NCBI GenBank assembly: GCA_976551045.1
Contig: CDPCPM010000281.1
Span: 13,950,001 to 14,014,000, forward strand
Length of the DNA: 64,000 nucleotides
Direction: 5' to 3'
Source of the DNA: Glaucostegus cemiculus
Taxonomy: Eukaryota
Under the pieces are notes generated by a model. The model did no database searches. It was given only the letters and a program-made list of their open reading frames with translations, and had not been told where the DNA came from. The position numbers were made by a program, and so were the translations under genes. Below are positions 35,271-48,940 of the stretch, piece after piece (within the stretch, counting starts at the first letter, position 1; each line of letters begins with the position of its first letter).

Positions 35271-38200
35271 AAAAGTCTGAATATGATAAAAAATGAAATA
35301 ACAAGGTTGTGAATCCATCCTCAAATGCTGTACCCCATCAAATAACCTCACTCATCTGGCATATCTCAATCATCTGCCAACAATCTCCATCAATCAAAAC
35401 TCATGCCCTACTTCAAACGCTCCGTCCCCTCCTCACCCACTTGGTGTTGCTGCATGTCACACACTGACACATTACCCTGACGCAGGGTGAGGTACAATCA
35501 TGGGGAGCAGCAGCCGCTAACCAAGAGATGACAGCATGACCCCATCCCATGGAGGAGGCGGAAGATGCTGACACCCCCAAACCAGTTTTTCCTCCTTACA
35601 CCCACTTCCCCTTCTCCCCACAACCTTTTCTGAGTCAGAAGTTGCCGACGGTGAAAACAAGCACTTTCCTCTTTCTCCTGTGCCCCAACCACACCTTTCC
35701 ACTTGAGTCTACCCCCTTTCAGATTGCTAAGTACTACAATCCAGCAAAAGCAGGAGAGAGCGAGGATGAAAACTTATCCTAACTTGAATTTAACAGCCCA
35801 AGCTCAGAAACTGAAGGTGTGTCATTTACAGCCAGTTTGTTGGTGGGACCAGCCCATGATGGGGAGACAATGGCCTATAGTGAGGATGGCTTCCAGCTCA
35901 CGGGAAGGTTGCATGCCAGTTCTGATCCAGGTAACACTGATGGGGCAACCTCCAGAAGGCCAAAAGCCATCCATAGTGAAATGTTTGGTGCATTTTCAGA
36001 CTGCCAGAAACCCTGAATTCAATGTCGGCTGGCATGGAGGAGTCCAGCACTAGTTCATGTGGAGCTTCATGTCCACACTTCCCCACAGGGAAGTGAGGGG
36101 CAACTCCAGTAGGAAACTTGAAGGGAATTTCTAAACAGAGACTAGAGAGAACTATTTATGCTTCCAGAGAGGAACCATGGATATTGGTAGAATCGTGGTT
36201 AGATATGGTGTGATAGGCTTCTGGGTACTGGATGAACCTTTCCCTCTGCTCAGCTCTACATACAAGGATCCACCAACAATCCAATGAGGCGGTGATTGTT
36301 TAAGGCCAAACTCTGCTGGCTGCTTGCAGTTCTCCCCAGCTTCTGCTTTGGTCTCCAAACATGATCTGTACTAACCCTTTGGTCTTGAAAAGGCAAAAAT
36401 TCAGCTCAAGCTCTCTCATCTTAGTCCATCTTGTGCCAGCATTAAATTCCCTTAACACAGTTTCAAAAGATGATGGATCTAGAATTAAGTTACAGTTTAG
36501 AGGAAAAAATACATCAGGCAACTCTGAACTTCTGTCTGTGGACAACTGATTTCACGAATAACCCCCCCTTTTTTTGATTGCACCATCTAGCATCCCGCTT
36601 ATATTGTTTTATAGATCCATGAGTTAGAGAGTGCAGTGACATTAAGGAAATACTAACCTGTTGGAAGATTGGTCATTATCATCCAAACATGTATTGATGA
36701 AAATGATTCTGGGTTTATCAACTCTTAAAGAGCTGATTAATGGAATTTATTCTGGCAGTGATTTGAACATTAATATAAGGCTTTTGGGACAGAATCCAGG
36801 TTTAACAGAAGCCAGGGTTGCCACCTTTTCTGCGAATTTCAGAATCTCGTAGACATTCAACACAGAGCAGTTCAGAGAAAACGTGAGACAATCATTTTAA
36901 GAGATACCCGTCAGCCCCTCCCACACCTCCTTCAGCTTTCAGCTTGGTCTTTAGACATTCCTTACAGACTCCTTAGTTCCTTGTGACATGCTAAGCTGTT
37001 TGGTCAATTTGTGTGTATGGTCCACAGGACTGATTTTACCATGGAGTCACCTGTCCCTTTAATGTAAAGATAGTTGAATGAGTATTTGCTGCAGCTTCAG
37101 TTATAAGGGATAAAATGGTTCTTCTTGTTACAAACCGGCCCACATCTTCACTGATAGCTGACAAGCCTGATCAATTGCCAGCTCGAGCGGGGCTCGGCTC
37201 TCTTTCTTTCCAAATTAGGAGTGAAGTTTTAACATCCAGCTGGCTGGTACTTGCAGTCAGTTATTCTGGCTTTCCTCCTTGCTGACTGACCTTCATCAGA
37301 AGTCTTGATACAGTGAGCTGTACTCCCAGATACTGGACACAGTCATTAACATCAATCCAAATGGAAGGATTGTCCATGTTGTAATTGTCTGCCATTCTAG
37401 GGGAAACCTTTGAAGAGCAATGATCAAAACTCAGGTTGCCCATGTGACATACCAGATTACAGGCATGCTATCTGCCATTGTAATAACTCTGAAGCTGTCA
37501 CAGCCTGTTATTAACACTAAATGTACTAAATAAGGACGTTGGTTGGTCATCATAGATCAGATTATACAGAAAGCACTGCACTTTGATTTATCTCAGTACA
37601 GCAGCCTAGCGTTTTATCAATTTAGCATTCAATACAACTCCAACCCATCAATAGAATTGAAATCCACTCGTTCTTGCATTGAGTACATCCTACGCTTTCT
37701 TGACCTGTATATTCTCACAGGATAATTGTACAATCTTTCACTCTTATTGATTCTTTTAAAGATTGTAAGACTACACCCCCTCAGTCTTTTCATCCACAAA
37801 CAAATGATGGGGATTTAAAACCCAAGCCCGAGGCCACCTGCCTGATTCAGCCCCCCTCCCTCTTTATTATTCTTTTCAACCTCGGTGGGTTCCTGTGACA
37901 GGGCCTTAAGCTTTTACCTGGAATTCCAGTTGTGGTTCAAATAATCAGTCACCATCACTTTATGGCCATTTTGATCTCTCTTGTAATAGTTTTTTTATAC
38001 AATGAAGAAGGAGTATATTTGTGTACTGAGGCAAAGGGCAAGCATGTATACATCAGTGAAATCTGGATTGAACTCCATCTGAGGGAAACAGTGGCCCATT
38101 GAGGCAGGATAGGAGTGTTGTTTAACCCATGTTACCATACTCCTTGTAAGTTGGTTAACCAGAGGAGGGGAGTGAATGGGAATAATGGGGATTCAGGGTC

Positions 38201-38321
38201 TGTCAGCTTAACCTACTCTTTGAAACTCTGATGCTAATTTCCTGTTGCAGCACCACACACACGTGCATGGTCCTTTTAAAATTGGTATCCAGATTAAACT
38301 CCAATTCAATTTGTGTTGAAC

Positions 38322-38435
38322 TAAAACAGAAAATGGACGAAATACCCTGCAGATCAGTCAGCATCAGTACAGAGAGAGAAGCAGAGTTAACATTGCAGAT
38401 CAACACCCTTTCATCAGAACTAGGTAACGTCAGAG
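38322..38435 (-). mobile_element. Penelope-like terminal fragment
   Basis: Reverse complement gttctgatgaaagggtgttgatctgcaatgttaactctg; same family as 10678-10929. Confidence 0.55.
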
Positions 38436-38559
38436 AAAGAGCCCCAGAATTTCCCCTGGGCAGAGCAAACATTTTGTGGACTGCATAAGTGAACTTTATC
38501 TGAAAGCCACTTTCTAAAAGCAATCAGGAACTTTGTGGACTCTTAGCAAGATTCCAGGA

Positions 38560-38765
38560 ATGTAGTGTGGATCATGTGTTCATATGCATGGTTGGCCACT
38601 GCAAATTATCTCCACTGTCATTGGGTGGCAGGAAAATCAGAAGGGAGTTGATGGGTAGATGAGAGAGAATAGGTTACTGGCAAACGAGAATGGGATTGAA
38701 GAGATTGCTCTGAGAGCCTGCACAGACTCCATGATCTGAATGGACTCCTTCTGTGTCATAAGGAA
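38560..38765 (+). mobile_element. V-SINE 3' half
   Basis: ttggccactgcaaattatc...gggagttgatggg...tgctctgagagcc...gaatggactccttctgtgtcataag. Confidence 0.6.
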
Positions 38766-39813
38766 ATAAATATTAAATAATCACCATTGGACAATAATTT
38801 CTTCAAAAAAAACAAGACATTGAGCATAAACACTTGCAGAAAGCAAGGTTAGGTTAATGTTTCAGAGGAACTTCGTCCACACACATAACACCCTCTGAAC
38901 TACACTATCAGGCTGAGGGAGTGGAGACGTTTGTTATTGTTCTGGCATCACTTCAGTTCTTTCCTCTGGTCTATATTCATCGCAAAATCACTGCTGCTGT
39001 TTCTCCTGGCCCACCTTCTGCTGCTCTTCGTAATCCATAAATCAGTAAGTACATCAACCTACCCACTGATGTATCCATATCTGCACTTTCACAACATGCA
39101 GCAGCCTCCCCCCCTACAGCTGGGGTGGGAGGGAGTACATTTAAGGCTCACACTGCCAACTCAGCACTAAATACTAATTATCATTTCATTGTCACCTCCA
39201 ATTCCACACATTGAGCTCAGTCTGGTAAGTGTTGTGATAATGGAAATACAACAAAATTGGAAGCAATGAATTGATAATTGAATAATTACGATGGTGATTA
39301 GGGGACCATACCTCTCTTCATTCACTCTGAACAGGAAACATAAATTTCAGAGCACTCTGACTCACTTTCATTATCGCCGACTGTCACTGCTCCAGTTGAT
39401 TGTTACAGCTCTTTGTTACACCTAGTTATTACACCCATGTGTTACACCTTGTGGTTACATTGGTTTGTTTCAGTTGTTATAGCTGTTTATTATACCATTC
39501 ATTTAACACTTGTTTGTAGCTTCTCTATGCCTCTTACACACTGGTTGAGCCCATATACTACAGCAGTCTGTTAAAGCCAGTTGTACAGTGTAATAGTTTG
39601 TTATAGCGAGGCTAATGTATATCAGGTTACTTATTGCAATGGGACTCAATTTTCATTGCGATTTCCATTAACTTTCAGTGTAACTTAAAGCTGGATGCAG
39701 GAAGGTGAAAAAATGCATCAGCTTACACTGATACTTCGGCCCACCTCCAAACCATCCTCCACTGAGACCAGACAAAGCTTCCCAAAACTGTGAGCTAATT
39801 CTCAACCAGCTGA

Positions 39814-39885
39814 GATTAATTAACAGTGCATGCCAAGGATTAATTAATTAACGGCACACACCAAGGATTAATTAACAGCACATAG
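39814..39885. repeat. Three imperfect ~25 bp tandem units, each containing TTAATTAA
   Basis: gattaattaacagtgcatgccaag / gattaattaattaacggcacacaccaag / gattaattaacagcacatagc. Confidence 0.8.
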
Positions 39886-40223
39886 CACACTACCTGTCCT
39901 GAAGGTCTTTTAAGTTTAGAGAAAAGCACACCAACAGAAGTGTCCTTAAGAGGGACACAGTGAGTAGAAAACCATGCCAGAGGTTAAGGAAGTGGAACTG
40001 CTGTGTGTGACTCAACCTATTTAACTTCTATCCTAATGTTTTTCATTTGAGCTCTTGTATTCACAATTACAAGATGTGATTTATTTTTTATTGAAAAAGT
40101 CTCTTTATTTGGTTTATTTGGTCTGGAGTTCCATACCTTCGACACTGGGAGTAATCTGAGCCTCAGATACCTTAACAGACAAAGTGTATGTCCTTCTCCT
40201 TAGTTCTGAATTGCTGGACAATT

Positions 40224-40536
40224 AAACACCAGATTTAAGGACAGCTTCTTCCCCACTGTGATAAGATTATTGAATGGTTCCCTAATATAATGAGATGGAC
40301 TATGACCTCACAATCTACCTTGTTGTGACCTTGCACCTTATTGCACTGCACTTTCTCTGTAGCTGTGACACTTTACTCTGTACTGTCACTGGTTTTACCT
40401 GTACTACATCAAAGCACTTTGTACTAGCTCGATGTAACTGCATTGTGTAATGAATTGACCTGTATGACCTGTTTATAAGACGAGTTTTTCACTGTACCTC
40501 GGTACAAGTGACAATGATAAACCAATACCAATACCA
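40224..40536 (+). mobile_element. Rex1/Babar LINE 3' end, young family
   Basis: TRFKDSFFPTVIRLLNGSLI* and (ccaata)n tail; near-identical family to 57768-58990. Confidence 0.88.
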
Positions 40537-40819
40537 CTGGAGTCAGAACCCTGAACCATATTAACCAGTGACAGACAGGACATTGGTAATGGTTGCCAGC
40601 CACTCCATTTTACAAAAAACAAGAATAAATTGGATAGCATTAACTTATCAAGTCACAGGACAGTTACAGAGAGAGAAAACCAATCTCCACATCTTCTATT
40701 ATGCCTGCAGAATCACATTCTCTTCTGTTTGCTGTGTATAATTATTTTTCTGATGGTTGCCTGGCACTTGTCTCCATCGCTCCACTGCCAGGGACTCCAA
40801 GTACCAAGTTCTCCAAGTA

Positions 40820-40955
40820 TAAAAACAGAAGATGATGGAAATGTTCAGTAGGTCAGGCAGCATCAGGAAAGAGAAACAGTTGGTGTTTTAGGTTAAAGAT
40901 TCTTCAATGGAGAGAAAATAAGTTAGTTTAAGTTGTAGAGAGATGGCGGAAGGGT
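40820..40955 (-). mobile_element. Penelope-like terminal fragment, decayed
   Basis: aaaacagaagatgatggaaatgttcagtaggtcaggcagcatc. Confidence 0.5.
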
Positions 40956-40964
40956 GGGTAAGAC

Positions 40965-41222
40965 ACTAATCCCATGTTAATATTTCCATCAACTCTTCCC
41001 AGATTTTGCTACTCATCTGCACAGCAAGGGTAATTTATAGCCACCAATTAGTCTTACAACCCTCACATCTCGGGACATGGGAGGGAACCGTAGTAGCCGG
41101 AGGAGAGCCAGGTGGTTACAGGGAGAACGTGCAAACTCCACACAGAGAGCACTGGAGGTCAGGACTAATCTGTGTCACTAGTGCTGTGAGGTAGCAGCTC
41201 CACCTGCTGCACCACTGTGCTC
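40965..41222 (-). mobile_element. HE1-like V-SINE
   Basis: acagggagaacgtgcaaactccacacagagagcactggaggtcagg. Confidence 0.75.
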
Positions 41223-42229
41223 CAATGTGTTAAGTTTCATCTACAATTGTGCACCCACTCTTATATTTTGTTTAACTTATTCTGTAATTACGTTTCAACT
41301 ACTCCTTCAGTTTGATATTGTCTGGATTATATATTGACTGGATTATATTACTTTTTAATTCCATCTTTAATACAACTTATAAACAATGGTGGTCTGAGCA
41401 TGGAGAGCCACAGTTTGTAATTCCCATAGAAATCCTTATCCCAGCAGGGGAGAAAGCGGGAGGAAGATGAAAAACCATGAGATATGGAAGCTTCATTCCA
41501 AAGTGAGGAATCTTGGGGTAACTTTGGATGGGAGAGATTTGGATGATTGGCCACGTTGAGCTTGTGAACTTATGGAATTTCTACCCTCACCCCTCAGATC
41601 TCAACAGCACCACCTATTGCTCAGCTGACACCAATGTGGGTGGTGAACTTGACCTTGGGACAGAGAAGATTAAGTCCGTTTCACTCCCAGCCTAATATCT
41701 TTCAACTGGGGTGTTTTAAAAAAACCCCGTTGATTCACTGCTGGCTGGGACCGATTCTACCCTTCAGTTTGAAATGGATCAAGCGCATCGTGGCAGATGA
41801 AGCATTAGCCTAACCCAGGCTTCCTCTGGGGTAGTAAAGTGGCAAAACCACAAACAGAGGAGGGAGTGAATTCCTCAGTTCCTAGTCCCAAATCCAGCAT
41901 AAAACCACAAGTTTCTACAGTGAAGCAGCTGGAAGATTGCAGTGTGACAGCATAAATGTGATTGTGCCATTGTGCCAGGACTGAAATTAACTTTTGCCTA
42001 TGTGGTGTAGCTATCAGGGAAAATCTGTCACAAACCTATTGAGTTTTCTTCCTGATTAAAAGCTTTTATTGATTTTGAAATGACAGACTAGACACAGTGC
42101 AATGAAACATAGCTTGACAACGCAGGGTGAATTAAATACATAAAAAAGGCTAGTGTAGGAGGCTTCGACGGAATAGAAAACCTTCTGCAGGGACTGAGAA
42201 CTATTCTAACCAACTGAGTTGTGCACAGT

Positions 42230-42510
42230 GTTCAGACTGTGGGGGTGTCGAAGGAAGGTAATTGGGAGGCAGGCACCGGACGGACCGGAATTTGCAAGTC
42301 AGGATGGTGTGCCACTTGTAAGGGAAACTGAGATGGTGATGTTCCCATTCTCTTGCTGCTCTTGTCCTTATTGGTCAAGCTTGTAGGTTTGAGACATGTT
42401 GTCAGAGTAATGTAGGAAAGTAATTGCAGTGCCCTTTGTTGATGGTGCACACTACAAACGCTGTGTGCTGATGGTGGAGGAAATACATGTTCAGGATGGT
42501 TGCTGTGCAA
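42230..42510 (-). mobile_element. Old CR1-group LINE 3' end
   Basis: caagtcaggatggtgtgccacttgtaagggaaac...gttcccat, antisense to the 59200-59270 family. Confidence 0.6.
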
Positions 42511-44461
42511 CTAATAGGAACACAGGGACAGGAAGAGATGCTCAAATACAAGCAGATGTGCGTGAGGTCTAGCTGGAACAGTGATCCACTGGAATTATTT
42601 AAGCCTGGAGTGGATGTTTCAGAGATCTCAAGTGAAGCTCGCAGTGAAAAGTTGTAGTAAAGTGGCCAAGTAATACAGTTAGCTAACTGGTTGAATTTAC
42701 AACTGTATGTTGATGTAATAGTTAGCTGATTCTGTAATTATATTTATTGAAATAGTTGATAGTTTGAATGGGTTTATTATCGTTTAGAAGGAAGCACTGT
42801 GGTATATACATTTGTCATTGTTAAGGTCTCTATGTACCTTTAGTATAACTTTGATACATTGTAGTCTCAGGCACTGCTGATAGTGCAGAGTAACCACCTT
42901 CATTGAAGGATGTTCTGTTAACAGCTCTACCTCTGTTATTAGCTCATGAAACCAATAATAGGAAAAAGCCTCCAGGCATCACAAGAGACAACAAATGATA
43001 ACTTTGCCTGCCAGAGCTACATCCAAACAATTATTTTACAAAATAATCATAGAATAGGAATAAACAAAGAAATTGATAGAAACACCAGAAAGAACATCTA
43101 TTATCTCCAAAACATTCTCCCAGATGTTACTCGACTGTTACTTCTGAGCACTCTCCCTATTGCTCGGATGATGTATTGACACTGAGGCTCCTCTCTGAGA
43201 GGCTCCTCTTGCCCTGAGGAGCTCTCCTCTGGCGACACCAGTCATTTCTCTGGCAGGCATTTCCCACATCTGATCATGCTGTTCTAAAGCCTCTGCCAGC
43301 TCCTTGAATCACTCACTAATGTTTCTCCAGCATTATTAATGAAGCCATTTTACCATTTCTCAGGCCTTCAGGAGTTGCTGTTTAAGCCAAGCCATTCTGT
43401 ATCCTATTCTCTCGCTTGTTGCCACTCAGAGCCTTCATCCCTTTGAATCCATTGGGGCTGAAGACCTACACTTAAGAGAACAGTGTCCACGGCACAGGGG
43501 AGAAAGTGGTTTTGTCAGGAATGATGCCACATTAATGTTGGTATTTCATGCTTCATGCACTTTAGGAGGTCAGCACATATTTAACCACGGCATGTTGGAG
43601 AGCAGCAAAATGAACCCTGGCAATGTTAATGGACACATTGGCTACCCACCTGCTCCCCAAAGCGCACACACAAGTCTCTGATTCTGGTCTGAGTGGCAGC
43701 TGAGACCTGATGTACATCATACTCGAACAGCCTGCTAACGCAGTTGTGTTGTTGGGTCAGCTGTGGGGGTGGATGGTGGGGTAATTGGTGGGAGAAGGGA
43801 GAAGGTCTCTCCACACTGCACACAATCCAAGTACTTGTAGGTCAGAAGGCCATGGATCCAGCCACCCCTGCTGGCGTGAGGCCTTCCAACATAGAACAAC
43901 TCCAGAGGCATAAAGATGCATTGTTGGATGGTGATAACACTGCAGTAGAAACAGGAAATAGACACTTTGAAAGCAGGCAACTTCTATTATTACGTTGTGA
44001 CATGAGTCACTAGCGGCCTGTGTTGACTACTCCTGACGATAGCCTTGCAGGTTTTTAAGCAGCAACAGATTAATTAACCTTCATTTTTAAAGCTTAATTA
44101 CATAACCTTGTGGGCTCAGCATTAATTAATCATTCAAGTGAAGATATTGAGGGAAATTCCCAGATTGAAGTGAGTTTGAAGAGTATGGCTGTAAAACCAA
44201 GAATATGGTGTGAAAAAGTCAGAGCAGTGCAGGGGAGAGAAGGAAACGATACCCATCTGGGAGAGATAGGAGAGGGAGAAGAAGCAATCCTTAACAAAGA
44301 GCCGAATGCCCAGAAAATCGTGACTGCATCACAGATGGCGTGTTCTATGTTTGTATTACATTCCTGGTTCTTCTACTGAGCTGTGTTACCTTTCACCAGT
44401 TATTGCAGACCATTTTACATCTCTTCCTAATTTTGTTTCTTATTCCTATATTTGCATCTCC

Positions 44462-44775
44462 CTATGACACAGAAGGAGGCCATTCAGCCCATTAAACATA
44501 TGCTGCTATCAGAGCATTACTATCGGTCCCTCTTCCCCCACTTAATTCCCTGTAACCTATTCTCTCTCACAGGCCCATCAGAATCTCCTGCAAGAGGAAT
44601 AATTTACAGTGGCCAATTCACCTACCAACTGATGTGGGAGGAAGCGGGATCACCAGGAGGAAATCCACATGGTTACAGGTGGAATTTGCAAACTCCGCTC
44701 AGTATCCGAGGTCAGGATTGAACCTGGATCCCTGGAGCTGTGTGGCAGCAGCACTAACTTCTGTGCCACTGTGCT
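44462..44775 (-). mobile_element. V-SINE
   Basis: ttgcaaactcc...gaggtcaggattgaacctggatccctggagctgtgtggcagcagcact. Confidence 0.75.
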
Positions 44776-45084
44776 GTCCGTCTTCCATGACAGTTCAAAA
44801 TTATCCTATGTCGTCAGGCTTTGCTCCAGCCATTTCAGGCTCATAACAACTCAACACCAAATGGAATGGTGTAGAAAGAGACTGACGAGTGTCAGTTCCA
44901 AACCTGCTGACTGCTCCTCCCCAGCCCGTTCCTGGGTCCACCCGACACAAGACTCCTTGTGACTTCAGCAGCTGAGTGCAAAGTTTGGGCAACTCCTCAG
45001 CTCCCATTTGGGGAAATCTGCCCAAGAAGCCTGTGCCAGATATAACTACTCCAGGTTAGGCACAAACGTTGTGTCTTAGTTCAC

Positions 45085-45190
45085 TTCTGTTCTGATGAAG
45101 GACCTGAGACCTAAAATGTTAACTGTATTTTTTTCCACAGGTGCTGCTAAACCTGCTGAGTTTTTCCAGCGTTTTCTATTTTCTGTCTCC
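45085..45190 (+). mobile_element. Penelope-like terminal fragment with a hammerhead-like motif
   Basis: gtt-CTGATGA-aggacctgagacct-aAAA-t-GTT-aactg...acctgctgagtttttccagcgttttct. Confidence 0.6.
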
Positions 45191-46989
45191 GTTTGTTTAA
45201 CTGGAACAAGCTGCTGCAAGCGACCAAGTGCTATGAAGTAAGTTACATTTTGTTTGAATTAATTGAGTTTAGTTAAGTATTTTAATTGTTTTAAGTGCCC
45301 ATATTTTAAGTGTTTCAGTTTGTTTTTTTCAATTTGTGTTATGATTCTTTTTCAATTGTTTGATTGATTTATAATAATTTGACTGTTTCTGAAAGTCAAA
45401 AACATGGCAGCGTTTGGGCAGGCAAGCCCCTGTCACCATACAGGACTTCAACAGGGAGGCTTGGTCTGGCACCCTAGAGGAAGGTAGCCCCAGCAGGCAA
45501 GTTCTGTCACTTTAACGCTGATACAGTACTGGTGGGTACAGGTCTCTCACTGGCACTACCTGCAGTTTCAAAGAGCTTTATTAAAAGAAAACTGTGCAAG
45601 CATGATGGACTGTGAAATTCTTTGAGTTACTATCATCACCTCAGTCTCCCTGGCAGAATTTATCCTTGTTCGAAATATTATGTACATGATCTTGAAGGAT
45701 TCTCGGGTAAAGACGATGGACACAGTTAAGTTGGTTCACGTGTCCCTGAAATTCCTCTTGGCCTTGTTGAGCCCACTTTTCTAACCCAGAGGGAAAGAGA
45801 GATTAATCACTGGAATTTGCATTCCTCGTGCCTGGGCTGGGTTCCAACTCCATTTCCTGCAATGAAAATGTAGCATCCAAGACATAGTCACTTTGGTGCA
45901 CAGTTGATAAAATAAAAACCTCTGACACCATTGTTGAATGAGGAGAATAAAAAGTAAAATTCTCATGTTGGTCAGTAATGATGGGGTTCAATTCTGAGCT
46001 TTTGCTGTTAATAACAATCCTCACTTCATACTACAGAGCAGATTTAAATTTGAATGTTGTAGTTCAATATTGCTTGAGAAATGAAGGCCATTTGCAAAAC
46101 TGGGGAAGGAAAGGTTGAAAATGTATTAAGACAAGCTATTAAAACAATACCTGAAAGCAATAAAAACATGGCACTTGAGAGGAGCTGTAAACAATATCTT
46201 ATTTATTGGAGGGTTGTAAAGAATCCTTCTGAACTAATCCCCTTAGTGCAGTAGCATCACAATTACAACATGACATGGTTTTTAATGAATTTTGTTTTGT
46301 TTGCACAAATAAAACAATTTTATGCAATATCCAGATTCTGAGATTGTAAGCTATACAAAACTGAATGTTTGCATTTGCTCCCTTAATTATTTTTAAGCAG
46401 TTTTAATCTATTTTGAATTAAATATCCATCTAAAAATAGTGCTTGCCTCATTGGAGTCCCGACATAACAACATGTTGTGTCTCAGCTGGGTTTAAAGGCT
46501 GACAGGTACAAGGAAGGTGAATGTTCCTCACAATTAGAGAGTGAACAAGATAAGGTCTAAGATGGAAAGTAAGGTTGTTTCACTAATATGACAATCAAAA
46601 GGCCATTTGTAATGATAAGTTGGTAGATTTGCTACATATGTTAATAGTTCCAGATGGGCCAGGAGTCTTACTGATTCAATTCAGTTTGTCCTGAGGTTGC
46701 TTACTGCTTTTGCCTCCGTAGTATACAATGCATGAAAAACTACAGCAAAGTCCCTTCTTCTGATCATTGTCCAGTGACCTTCTGGGAGTGAGATAGGAGA
46801 AGCAATCAGCTGAGTTTTGATTGCCTCTGTGGTTGAGTAGGGGATGTTAGTTATCTTCTTGCCCCCTGGAAAATGGCAGCCTGTGACAGATAATATCAGG
46901 CAGTAATAGCTCAGCAACAAGACAGAAAGAGAAAAGTTCCAACTTACTAACTCAGCACTTTCCAAAGCTATGTCATCTATCACCTAGAA

Positions 46990-47225
46990 GGACAACAGGT
47001 AAATAACCCCAGTTGCAAGTTCGCGTCCAAGTCACAGACCATCTTGACTGGGAAATCTACTGCCACTCATCCATAATTGTTGAGTTAAAATACTGGAACT
47101 CCAACAGGACCATACACAGACCACTGCAATTCAGGTGGGCAGCTCACCATCACTTCCTCAAGACCAGCAAGTGATGGACAATAAATTCTTGCCACCGACA
47201 GTCACACACTATGAATGAATAAATA
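46990..47225 (+). mobile_element. Old CR1-group LINE 3' tail
   Basis: tgcaagttc...ccaagtcacagaccatcttgactggga...gcagctcaccatcacttcctcaag...gaatgaataaa. Confidence 0.6.
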
Positions 47226-48329
47226 TTTTTTTCTTAAATGCTAAGCAATTTCTCGTCCATTTTTGAGAGTTCTTTCTGTTTGAATTAAATTTGTTCAAAG
47301 AGGAAATGAAGGTCGATCAGATGCTGTTGAGGGTTACTGTGATTAACTCTGACTGCTTTGTTTCTGGTAATATACTTCAACAAAACCATCCGCCTAGATT
47401 GATGTGAGAGATCAATCTAATCGCCAATAAACCTGGGAGAGAACTATATATAAAACTGTTTACCTGAGCATAAGTTTTGCATAAATTTACATATATTACC
47501 ATCAATGATTCTTTCAGGTTTGTTTTACAAGCCAATGAGGAATGCAGAGTCCATTAAATATTGCGGAGGAAAGAAATCCTGTTACCAATGTTATAGCTCT
47601 GCAATGAATGCAATTTCAGTTGATGGAGTATTTGACATTAGATTGCTTTGTGAGGTGGAATAAAGCAATGATGAATGCACATCAACTCTGTCTAAACTGA
47701 CTGGGGCTAATTTTGTTGATGGCTCTGTTTCCTCCTCTAGCTCATTCTTTGCCAAGCATTTGAATATGTGAAATTCTTTAGCTCCTTTAGACAGCCTGCC
47801 CTTGCAGGATTGTCAACTCTTGATACCCAAGCTTGGAGGCATCTAACAACTTGTTGATCTATTTGTTTTGTTTCTTAGCATCCTGGTGATGAAATAATAG
47901 AACAATCAGGAAATCAGGATAATTACAAGGCAAAAAATAGCATCAAGCTCTTGTGCAGTGTTCACAAGAGCACCTGGTATCCGAGTTCATCAGCGTAGAT
48001 GACTTCCCTTGAATTAGACCAGGTTACAGAAGGATCTTTCTGGATGGCTCTTGTATTTTAAACTCTGGAAATTTGAGAGAGTCACTCTCCTCAATATCTA
48101 GGCAAGCTTTGAGAAAGACACTTGGAAAATCAACAGAAAAGCATAATTGTCAAATATTTTCTATGGAAATATCTCACCCTCTTCAGATCATCACATTAGA
48201 GCAGACTTTATTCAAAGACGTTATTCCAAAGTTTTTGTTTATTAATCAATTTGCTATTAAATAATGAAACAACTATGTTTTCAGTAAAAATGTATTGCAA
48301 GTCTACCTTCTTGTGCCCATTGAACCAAG

Positions 48330-48755
48330 TATGGCTCAATTGGTGACATACTCTTTGTCAAAAGATTGTATTCACACGTTTTGTTTTCTTTTTTTTCCTT
48401 TTCTTTTTCTTTAGCTCACGAAGCAGACTTGATGGGCCAAATGGGCCACTTCTGTTCCCTTATCAAGTGACCTTGTGACCTTGAGTGAATTACTTTTGCA
48501 GACAGCCAGTACTGAGGGAGTGCAGCACTGTCGCAGATGCTATTTTACAGGCGAGACATTAAACCAAAGCCTGTCACAGATGAAAATCAAAATGCTGTGG
48601 CAGGGGAGGTATTCAAGTGCCTTGGGCATATTTATCTCTCAATGAACCAACATTAATAAAACAGATTATCTAATCATTATACCATTTCTGTTTGCGAGGC
48701 CTTTCTGTGATGAAATTGGCTGCCATGTTTCATATGTAACCACTGTGAGGTTTTG
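48330..48755 (+). mobile_element. SacSINE1-like Deu-SINE, with a short CR1 tail inserted near 48415-48485
   Basis: cagtactgagggagtgcagcactgtc...gagacattaaacc...tatttatctctcaa...aaaacagattatctaatcattat...aaattggctgcc. Confidence 0.75.
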
Positions 48756-48777
48756 AGAAGTGGAGTTGTGGTATTTG

Positions 48778-48940
48778 GAACATAGAACAGTACAGCCCAG
48801 GAACAGGCCCTTCGGCCCACACTGTCTGTGCTGACCATGATGTCAAATTAAACTAAACCCATCATCCTGCACATCATCCATATCCCTCCATTTCCTGCTT
48901 GTTCTTGTCTATCTAAATGTTGCTATCATATCTGCTTCTT
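48778..48940 (-). mobile_element. CR1 tail
   Basis: aacatagaacagtacagcccaggaacaggcccttcggccc. Confidence 0.8.

Noticed and set aside
43800-43840. CVQCGETF zinc-finger-like peptide on the minus strand
   Set aside because: Lacks the two His ligands and has no neighbouring fingers.
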